A stretch of DNA of 37,101 nt from Candidatus Hydrogenedentota bacterium (GTDB taxonomy: Bacteria > Hydrogenedentota > Hydrogenedentia > Hydrogenedentales > GCA-2746185). Location of the stretch: NCBI GenBank assembly GCA_046583315.1, contig JAYGCN010000114.1:1-37101 (forward strand), read 5' to 3'. The notes under the pieces were generated by a model. It did not search any database. It saw nothing but the letters and a program-made list of their open reading frames with translations, and was not told the origin of the DNA. This document shows positions 27,883 through 35,576 of this stretch, one piece after another. The position numbers and the translations under genes were made by a program. Numbering within the stretch: position 1 is the first letter of the stretch; each line of letters begins with the position of its first letter.

Positions 27883-29007
27883 ATGATGGAATTCACAATA
27901 ACCCAAATATCCCTGCACGAGATCGCTTTGCCACTTGTTGAGCCGTTTCGGACCGCGCACGGGGACACTTTTGTTCGACGTTTGTTGCTCACAGAGTTGG
28001 TCGATGCCGACGGTGTCCGCGTTTTGGGCGAATGTTCCGCGCTCGAAACACCTGATTATCTTCCGGAGACCATCGATTCTGCGTGGACGGCAATCCGGGA
28101 TCACCTCGCCCCTGCGATTCTTGGGAAGACCTTCGCTTCACCTGCCGAGGTGTCCGCCGCGCTCGAAGTGACAATACCCAGTCACAACATGGCCAAGGCC
28201 GCTATCGAAATGCCGACCTGGGCGTTGGCCGCAGTAAAAGAAGGGGTGTCGTTGTCCGAGTTTATTGGAGGCACTCGGAAAATGGTGGAGACCGGACTTG
28301 CCATCGGACTACAGGACTCACCGAGCGTGCTGGCCGCGAAAGTGGAGGGGGCGTTCGCGCAGGGTTATGCCCGTATCAAGATGAAAATTAAACCGGGTGC
28401 CGATTTGGAGTATATCGAAGCGGCGTGTATGGCGGCGGATGGTGGGGCACACATTCAGGTTGACGCGAATTGTTCGTACACGCTCGAAGATGTTGAACAG
28501 TTGAGGGAAATGGATGCCTTCGGGTTGATGCTCCTGGAACAGCCGCTCGCGTGGGAGAATCTTGAGGCGCATGCCGCACTGCAACGAGAAATCGAGACGC
28601 CGATCAGTCTCGATGAATCGCTTGACGGTCTGGAATCTGTGCGCAACATGATTCGATTGCAAGCCGGAAAGATCGTCTGCCTGAAACCGGGGCGCGTCGG
28701 CGGATTCACGACGGCTCTCCAGATTCACGACCTATGCCGGGAAAAAGGTATACCCCTTTGGTGTGGTGGCATGCTCGAAAGCGGAATCGGACGCGCCTAC
28801 AACGTCGCGCTGGCGTCCAAACCGGGATTCACGCTGCCCGGAGACCTGTCGCCAAGTCGAAGATACTGGGCCGAAGACATCGTCTCCCCTGAATGGGTCA
28901 TGAACGAAGGCGGAGAGGTCGGGGTGCCAGTTGAGTTACCCGGTCTTGGTGTAGAGGTAGACCGAGATCGAATCCGTGAACTCACGCTTCGTAGCGAAGT
29001 CGTCTAA
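27883..29007 (+). CDS. menC: o-succinylbenzoate synthase / N-succinylamino acid racemase (enolase superfamily)
   Basis: KMKIKPG (KxK), metal ligands VDAN, EQP and LDES, KPGRVGG, WCGGMLESGIG and LPGDLSPSRRYW. Confidence 0.85.
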   Translation: MMEFTITQISLHEIALPLVEPFRTAHGDTFVRRLLLTELVDADGVRVLGECSALETPDYLPETIDSAWTAIRDHLAPAILGKTFASPAEVSAALEVTIPSHNMAKAAIEMPTWALAAVKEGVSLSEFIGGTRKMVETGLAIGLQDSPSVLAAKVEGAFAQGYARIKMKIKPGADLEYIEAACMAADGGAHIQVDANCSYTLEDVEQLREMDAFGLMLLEQPLAWENLEAHAALQREIETPISLDESLDGLESVRNMIRLQAGKIVCLKPGRVGGFTTALQIHDLCREKGIPLWCGGMLESGIGRAYNVALASKPGFTLPGDLSPSRRYWAEDIVSPEWVMNEGGEVGVPVELPGLGVEVDRDRIRELTLRSEVV

Positions 29008-29181
29008 TAGCGATAAGCTATTCTTTTTAATCGTCGTCCGATTCAATTGGGGTGGGCCGCCGATGCAGCATCATGACGAATCGCGGAAATCTTTTTCGTC
29101 CTCGTGAATGAAATGAAACAATCACGGGAATCTCCACTAATCGTGGGTGGATTCGTTTCTTGATGCCGGGGAAGCGAGGAA

Positions 29182-29210
29182 TTGACACGCGGACGAGCAA
29201 GGTCTAGTAT
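29182..29210 (+). promoter_or_regulatory. Putative sigma70 promoter
   Basis: TTGACA-17 nt-TAGTAT, followed by SD TAAGGAG and ATG 29255. Confidence 0.7.
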
Positions 29211-29254
29211 GAAGAGTCCAGCTAAGCGTTGTTAATTGGATAAGGAGCCGAATC

Positions 29255-30601
29255 ATGTGTTTACGACTTTTGAGAATTGCTGTATTGCTGACTGTTTTTT
29301 TTGGTCTGACTCAGGCGCATGCTGCGTCGTCTGGTAATCCTGATACGGACCACATTACTGGCGCCTCGGGGAGCGGCACGATAAAACTGATGCCGCGTAA
29401 TGATATTGATGATCATCGCAATTTGCAGTGGGCCTTTGATAATACGGCTCCGGGGGGTACGGTCGAACTGGGTGCGGGCACTTTTTTTCTCGGTGACGGG
29501 AAGGCCGCACCGCGTAAGACTGCCTGGATGCGTCGCGGATTGAAGGTGGTGGGTGTGAAGGAAGGTGCTATCTGGCGCACGGTGATTCGGGGTGGGGGAG
29601 AAGTACTCACACCCGGAGTCGGTGGCGCGTTGGAGAGCGGACCAATCCGGATCAAACTCGAAGGCGATGACCACACGGTTATTTTGGAAGACATCTGGTT
29701 TCGCGAGTGGGCCTGCGAAGTGGTGTTTATTTTGGCGTGCAATGGCTTCGAATTTCGCGGTTGTCGAATCACGGACCCGGTAAACGCTGCGGACCCGAGC
29801 AAGACGCGTTTTGTGCATGCATTATGGACGCAGGGAAACGATGCGCGGGGCGACTTTATCGCCGAAAATAATCTCGTGGAACTGGGTCAATATGATGGCC
29901 CCTTGGCGGAAGATGAACAGTTCATGGGCATCTTCACGTCGAATCATGACAACATCCGCATCGTGAATAACACGATCACTGGAACCGATGAGGCGATTGA
30001 AATTCTGATGAATCGCTATGGCGATATCGGTGAAGGGGATCCGAAAGCCGCAAAAAGCCCGGCGGAGATCGTCGTCGCCAACAATACCATCGACGTGACC
30101 GGAACTCCCGGTGCGCGTTGGGGCGGAAGCTGGGCGATACTCGTCGCTGGGAATCTCAATGTGGATCGCGTGTTGATTGAGAACAATCACGTGACCAAGC
30201 GTGGCGAAGGCTGGGGGATAGGGCTGAGCGGTGCGAACTTTGAGATAGTAGACAATACCTTCATTTTCGAAGAGCATAATGGGAAGCTGTCGCTTGGTGC
30301 GATGACGATCGGCGGGTATCCGAAACTGGCGGGTAAGGAAATGGGCAGTTCGATGACGAATTCCGTCATCAAAGGCAACACCTTCGAAGGAAGGGTCCGG
30401 GACCACGCGCTGTTTTTCATGGCGGGGAGCGCCGGTTATGAAAACGCGTCGACCGGAAACAGAATTGACATGGGTGACTCTTTCAACACGCTGGGTGCCA
30501 AAACGACTCTCACGCTGAGTCAGGACATGCGGGACAACGAATTCAATGGCGATACTGGCAAGGTAGCCGACAATGCCAAGAAGGGTGCGAATCGGTATTG
30601 A
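29255..30601 (+). CDS. Secreted right-handed parallel beta-helix protein
   Basis: Signal peptide (AHA|A), capping motif LQWAFD...GGTVELGAGTF, and repeated IAENNLV / IRIVNNTITG / VVANNTI / LIENNHV / VIKGNTF. Confidence 0.75.
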   Translation: MCLRLLRIAVLLTVFFGLTQAHAASSGNPDTDHITGASGSGTIKLMPRNDIDDHRNLQWAFDNTAPGGTVELGAGTFFLGDGKAAPRKTAWMRRGLKVVGVKEGAIWRTVIRGGGEVLTPGVGGALESGPIRIKLEGDDHTVILEDIWFREWACEVVFILACNGFEFRGCRITDPVNAADPSKTRFVHALWTQGNDARGDFIAENNLVELGQYDGPLAEDEQFMGIFTSNHDNIRIVNNTITGTDEAIEILMNRYGDIGEGDPKAAKSPAEIVVANNTIDVTGTPGARWGGSWAILVAGNLNVDRVLIENNHVTKRGEGWGIGLSGANFEIVDNTFIFEEHNGKLSLGAMTIGGYPKLAGKEMGSSMTNSVIKGNTFEGRVRDHALFFMAGSAGYENASTGNRIDMGDSFNTLGAKTTLTLSQDMRDNEFNGDTGKVADNAKKGANRY

Positions 30602-30604
30602 CGT

Positions 30605-31483
30605 TTATTGGTCGCTGAACGTGGCCGGCATGAGCGAGCGCAACTGGATGCCCCAGTGATCGCCGTTCTTCGTCACGATCCATAGGGCGGGCACGGTCCA
30701 GTAGCGTGTACCGTCGGGATGCCAGCGGCTGAACACGACTTCGAAGTGAACCTTGTTCGGGGTGACGATGCTCGCTTCCAGCGAATCGAGTGTACTCACG
30801 TGCCAGTTCTGGGATTCGCGCATTCGTTCGAAATTGGGTGCCGCCGTATCGGAGCTTTCCGATACCCTTCCTCCCATCATAAATAAGTGTGGAAAATTCA
30901 GGTGGAGATCTGATTGAGCCCCGTCTCCCGCGTTGAACGCCTCCATATAGCCGACTACGGCGGCGCGTGCGTCTGCAATACTTTCCGTCTGCTTCTCGGC
31001 CGGAACCTCTTTGCCCACCGGAGAGCGCATCTGAACACCCCAATGCTCTTCCTGCTTCGTAATGGCATAGAAGACGTTTCCCGTCGAGTAACGTTCCCCA
31101 TCTGCCTTGAATCGACTGTAATCGATGGAGAGATGGACTTTTTCCGCCGACGACATGAATATTTCCATCGAGTCGTAGTCAAATGAGCTATGGTCCCATC
31201 CATCACGTTCTCGCATTCGATCGAAACCTTGGGAAGAATCTTTTGGAGAGTCGTGGATGATTACTCTGGAGCCGCCAATGAAGGTTACAAAGGGAAAGTT
31301 CATTGCTGTTCGAAGCTGTTCATCATCACCCGTGTTCCACTTCGTCATAAACGTTTCCAGGGCTTGTCGGGCTACCAAAGGTGCATCGCTGTTATCTGCC
31401 TGCGCCATCGTGTTCAATTCCCCGCTAAGCATAATCGGTATTCCCACGAAAATAAACAATCTAAATCCATTGATGGTAACCAT
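30605..31483 (-). CDS. Exported protein with two tandem NTF2/SnoaL-like domains
   Basis: Clear internal duplication: NFPF...FDRMRERDGW...KVH...SRF..DG.RY...HWGVQMRS and NFPH...FERMRESQNW...KVH...SRW..DG.RY...HWGIQLRS. GGAG 7 nt before ATG 31483. Confidence 0.75.
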   Translation of the reverse strand: MVTINGFRLFIFVGIPIMLSGELNTMAQADNSDAPLVARQALETFMTKWNTGDDEQLRTAMNFPFVTFIGGSRVIIHDSPKDSSQGFDRMRERDGWDHSSFDYDSMEIFMSSAEKVHLSIDYSRFKADGERYSTGNVFYAITKQEEHWGVQMRSPVGKEVPAEKQTESIADARAAVVGYMEAFNAGDGAQSDLHLNFPHLFMMGGRVSESSDTAAPNFERMRESQNWHVSTLDSLEASIVTPNKVHFEVVFSRWHPDGTRYWTVPALWIVTKNGDHWGIQLRSLMPATFSDQ

Positions 31484-32009
31484 ATCAACTCTCCGTTCAA
31501 CACCGAACAAATCTAGTACTGGTTATGGTAAAAGCGAAACGCGGAAGCCTCATACATCACTTTCAGGATGATGATTCTGTCACACGGCAGGGAACAAGTC
31601 AACGAGCGGCCGAATCTCGCATGCAGCACATCCATGAGCGATATTCGTGAAAAGGACTAATTTCGGGCGAAGGAGAGCGCTCGATGGAACCCCAGGTTCC
31701 AGGGGTTAAGCGTAAACTATGAAAAAATTGAAACACTTGAAATATCCATTGCATTTTTGGATATACTGGGTACACTCCAAAAAATCTGGATTCACTTTTA
31801 GTGCCTATTCCCATTGAATGGTCGTTGCAGAATTCCTTATGTGCATACTGGAAGGCCGGAGCTTAGATTGCTGACATGTTGTTCGTGATCCGGATGTAAA
31901 CATAAAACGAAAAACAAGCTGCCTGAGTATGGGGCCGCGTGCAGATAGCTAATTGGTCGCGATTTGGGGCGGCCCATTGGTGGGAACATACTGTTGTGGG
32001 GAAGGTGAC

Positions 32010-33101
32010 ATGTTATTTTGGCGATTCCTCGATTCGAGCGTTGAGCATGCTCCAAAGCTGGAGGGCGCTTATAATCCGTATTTGGTCATGCTTTCATTTT
32101 CGATAGCCATACTGGCAGGCTATTCGGCACTCGGAGTTGCCGAGCGGATCGGCTTGGCGGATAGCGCGCGAACCAGGCAACTCTGGTTAGGGATTGGCGC
32201 GATAGCGATGGGCATCGGAATCTGGTCCATGCACTTTATCGGAATGTTGGCCTTCGTACTTCCGATTCCTGTCAGTTACGACCTCCTGACCACCATGGCT
32301 TCCCTGATCCCTGCAATTTTCGCAAGTGCTATGGCACTACACTTCATGAGTCGCCCGATGATAGAACTGTGGCGGCTCAACGTCGGCGGTCTGTTAATGG
32401 CTTCAGGGATTGGCGGCATGCATTACATGGGGATGGAAGCCATGCGAATGGATGCGATGATGGGCTACGATCTCGCTCTATTTGCGTTCTCTATATTGGT
32501 TGTGATCGTGTTAACCTCCAAAGCTGAGCGCGGTGATGCTGATCGTTTCGATGGTTTGGGATTTGATGCCTATCTTGTAAAGCCAGTCAAGCAGTCCTAT
32601 CTTCTCGATTGTTTGATGGCACTCTTTGGTGCCGAACAAGTATCGGAAGAAGAATCGCCTGAACTTATCACACGCCATACCCTTTCCGAAGAGCGGCATC
32701 GCCGCAAAAACCGAATCTTAATCGCAGATGACAATCCCATGAATCAACGAGTCGCTCAGCTCATGCTGGAAAAAATGGTCTACCGAGCAGATGTTGTTTC
32801 AGACGGGGCGGAAGTGATCGAATTGATGCGTGTCGCGCAGTACGATCTGATTCTGATGGACTGCCAGATGCCTGAGATGGATGGCTATGATGCGACACGT
32901 GCAATTCGAAAAATAGACGATCAGCGACGAAACACGCCGATCATTGCAATGACAGCCAACGCCATGAAAGGAGATCGAGAATATTGCATTGAAGCCGGAA
33001 TGAGCGGTTACGTGTCGAAACCGATCGATCCTGAATTGCTCCGTATTGAGAGGGAGCGATTTCTTGAAAATTCCGATGCCAAAGAACGTGACGCGATTTA
33101 G
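32010..33101 (+). CDS. MHYT membrane sensor fused to a partial and a complete receiver domain (probable internally deleted hybrid kinase)
   Basis: WSMHFIGM and GGMHYMGM repeats, then directly LTS...RGD...GFDAYLVKPVKQS (C-terminal half of a REC), then a full REC (IADD, LMDCQMP, AMTA, SKP). No HisKA or HATPase motifs. Confidence 0.8.
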   Translation: MLFWRFLDSSVEHAPKLEGAYNPYLVMLSFSIAILAGYSALGVAERIGLADSARTRQLWLGIGAIAMGIGIWSMHFIGMLAFVLPIPVSYDLLTTMASLIPAIFASAMALHFMSRPMIELWRLNVGGLLMASGIGGMHYMGMEAMRMDAMMGYDLALFAFSILVVIVLTSKAERGDADRFDGLGFDAYLVKPVKQSYLLDCLMALFGAEQVSEEESPELITRHTLSEERHRRKNRILIADDNPMNQRVAQLMLEKMVYRADVVSDGAEVIELMRVAQYDLILMDCQMPEMDGYDATRAIRKIDDQRRNTPIIAMTANAMKGDREYCIEAGMSGYVSKPIDPELLRIERERFLENSDAKERDAI

Positions 33102-33350
33102 ACACCATTGAATTCGTCGGTATAGGTTCTATCCGCTATGACGCGGGCAACCTCAGGCACGTGCCGTGAGCGACCATACCTACCGGGCGATCAGCAGGGA
33201 TATAGGGCGCACATGTGGATGCACCTCCATTTGATTATTTGAAGGATGATGCAGGGACGCACAAGAATTTGACAGATGAAGATATTTCGTGGTCTACTAT
33301 TCGCCTATAGAGAAACCAATTAATCAACGAAACGAACCTGGGAAAAAATA

Positions 33351-34778
33351 ATGAGCCGAACCATTCTCGCCTGTTCTATGCTGGCCATCGCGACCGCCTG
33401 CATAGGCACCCCAAACGCCTCTGCGGCAACGACCGCCGTGACTTACACGAAAGACATCGCGCCTCTTCTTCAGGCCAAATGCATCGAATGTCACCGAACA
33501 GAAGGCCTGGCGCCTTTCAATCTGCAAAGTTATGAACAAGTGCGCGCGTGGTCCAAAGCCATTCGCAAGGAAGTCCACGAAGGTCGTATGCCTCCCTGGG
33601 GACTCGATCCCGAAGTGGGGGAATGGTCCAACGATCCAACCTTCTCCAAAGAGGAGATGGCTACTTTGGATGCGTGGCTCGAAGGCGGTCAACCGAAAGG
33701 CAATCCGAAAGATATGCCCGAGCCGCTCGAATTTTTCGAAGACTGGAGTATCGGAAAGCCGGATATGATTTTTGAAATGCCGAATGAAGTCATCATTCCG
33801 GCTGAGGGTGTGATGCCCTACCAATATCATGTGACGGAAATGAATATTGAAGAGGACCTTTACGTTCAGTCCCTCGAAGTGTTGCCTGGAAATCGCCGCG
33901 TGGTGCACCACATAATTGTTTTCCTGCAACCTCCGCCAGCGGTGGCGAATGCGATGAGCGATGGTTTGACCAACGCAATGCTCGACGTCTATGCGCCGGG
34001 TTCGCCCGCCGGAATCAATCCGCCTGGAGTGGCACGACTCATTCCGGCCGGTTCCAAGCTGCAATGGCAAATACACTACACGCCCACAGGTGAAGAAGAA
34101 CGCGATCGTTCTCGATTTGCCATCGTGTTGGCCAAAGAGAAACCGAAGGAATTGATGCGCACCGCAACGGTCATAAACATGAACTTCGAGATTCCGCCGA
34201 ACACAGACAATTACCGCGTAGAATCGAAGATGATCATTCCCAAGGATGCGACGATATACTCCTATACGCCGCACATGCACTATCGTGGCAAGGCGATGGA
34301 TTTCTTTTTGAAATACCCGGATGGCACGGAGGAGCTGGCTTGTTCCATTCCCAAGTACGATTTCAATTGGCAACTTGACTACTTTCTCCAAGAGCCCAAG
34401 AAGGTTCCTGCGGGAACGGAAGTGCGCGTTGTCGCGCTCTTCGATAATTCGACCGGGAACCCCTACAATCCCGATCCCACCAAAGCAGTACGCTGGGGCG
34501 AGCAGACCTATGAAGAAATGATGATGGGCGGCGTGTTTCTCTCCTGGGCAGACGGCGTAGTTGACGTGCCCGAAGTTGAATCCGTCGAGCTCACCGAAGC
34601 CGATCTGGCCTCCACCAAGGCCATGATTGCCGCGCAAGACACGAACGGCGACGGTGCCCTGCAAAAAGAGGAAGTACCCAAAGGCATGCAACAGTTCTTC
34701 GGCATGGTGGATGCCAACGCCGATGGCGAGCTCGATGCCACCGAGTTGTACACCGTTCTTAAAGGGCGCGGGCAATAA
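33351..34778 (+). CDS. Secreted cytochrome c / copper type II monooxygenase-like / EF-hand protein
   Basis: Signal peptide, CIECH haem motif with RMPPW, VVHH, QIHY, PHMH, EEMM, and EF-hand loops DTNGDGALQKEE and DANADGELDATE. Confidence 0.8.
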   Translation: MSRTILACSMLAIATACIGTPNASAATTAVTYTKDIAPLLQAKCIECHRTEGLAPFNLQSYEQVRAWSKAIRKEVHEGRMPPWGLDPEVGEWSNDPTFSKEEMATLDAWLEGGQPKGNPKDMPEPLEFFEDWSIGKPDMIFEMPNEVIIPAEGVMPYQYHVTEMNIEEDLYVQSLEVLPGNRRVVHHIIVFLQPPPAVANAMSDGLTNAMLDVYAPGSPAGINPPGVARLIPAGSKLQWQIHYTPTGEEERDRSRFAIVLAKEKPKELMRTATVINMNFEIPPNTDNYRVESKMIIPKDATIYSYTPHMHYRGKAMDFFLKYPDGTEELACSIPKYDFNWQLDYFLQEPKKVPAGTEVRVVALFDNSTGNPYNPDPTKAVRWGEQTYEEMMMGGVFLSWADGVVDVPEVESVELTEADLASTKAMIAAQDTNGDGALQKEEVPKGMQQFFGMVDANADGELDATELYTVLKGRGQ

Positions 34779-34806
34779 TCGGCAAAACGTGAAGTCAGTT
34801 AACTTT

Positions 34807-34839
34807 GAGTCTGCAGAATTTCTGCGGACTCTTTTTTTT
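34807..34839 (+). terminator. Rho-independent terminator
   Basis: GAGTCTGCAGA-ATT-TCTGCGGACTC stem followed by T8. Confidence 0.88.
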
Positions 34840-34904
34840 GAGTTTAGTGTTCCATTCGGCAAACATTGACACGCAGGGACTCGAAGCTCTGGCCAAGGGG
34901 TATT

Positions 34905-35570
34905 TTAGTTCCGTTGCCCCACAGGAATTGGATCGGGGGCGGTAAGGGCTTTCATGAATTCGTTTACATTGTCCAGCGAATCGATTTCGGATAGATACTT
35001 TTCTGCCTTACTGGGATCCATGTGGTCGAAAACAGGGCCGATGTGATAAGAACCGGGTGTGGCTGAAACGGTCATTTCATACTCGCCTTTCGCATTGGTG
35101 ACGGTGTCCCCGCTTTCAAGGTGAGTTGTGAGATTGGCGATTTCGAATACTCGTACGTGTATGTTTTCTAGCGGTCTACCGCTCGGCTCGCCGGTTAGAA
35201 CACCTTTGATGGTTATCAGATTTTGAATCGCGTAATCCCATTGTTTGTTTTCATCCGGATTTATGATCCCCAAATCAATTTTGGGTGATAGAACCATTAC
35301 CTTTTCGGGCGACAGGGCGTATCTTTCACCATCGATATTTTCTTGGGGTTCCGATGTAGATAGGCTCTTTGTCGAATTCGGAGAGGAAATCGTGGCCTCT
35401 TGATTTCCAGCGTTTATTCGGGGAGGATTGCTCCTTTTGTGTGTTCGGACATCGGTAGTATTTATGTGTTTTGTAGTGCATTCGTGGCATATTGGGTTGT
35501 TGGCCATGCGTATCAGAAGTGAGTTCCGCCGAGTCTGAATCCCATCACATCGGCAACCGTTTCGGCCCAT
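34905..35570 (-). pseudogene. Probable gene remnant or hypothetical protein with a carboxypeptidase-regulatory-like (prealbumin-fold) segment
   Basis: Only the middle part (ITIKGVLTGEPSGRPLENIHVRV...TVTNAKGEYEM...PGSYHI) looks like a real domain. The N-terminal part looks non-coding, there is no clear signal peptide, and the DNA is more AT-rich than its neighbours. Confidence 0.4.
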
Positions 35571-35576
35571 GCCTTT

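Noticed and set aside
29090..29130. GAGGACGAAA on the minus strand, reminiscent of a hammerhead ribozyme
   Set aside because: The required CUGANGA core is absent.
33152..33170. Palindrome GGCACGTGCC flanked by CTCA/TGAG
   Set aside because: A single short GC-rich palindrome with no second copy seen, so it cannot be distinguished from chance.
33269..33300. TTGACA...TACTAT promoter candidate for the monooxygenase-like gene
   Set aside because: The spacer is 20 nt, too long for a standard sigma70 promoter, so it is not listed as a feature.
33324..34862. 512-aa minus-strand ORF
   Set aside because: Antisense to the motif-rich cytochrome c/copper monooxygenase gene and carries no motifs of its own.
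34858..34920. GGCAAAC...GGGAC resemblance to a c-di-GMP-I riboswitch
   Set aside because: It lacks the GNRA-capped P2 stem and the GCAAAG/CTAA elements, lies after a terminator, and has no downstream gene on the same strand.
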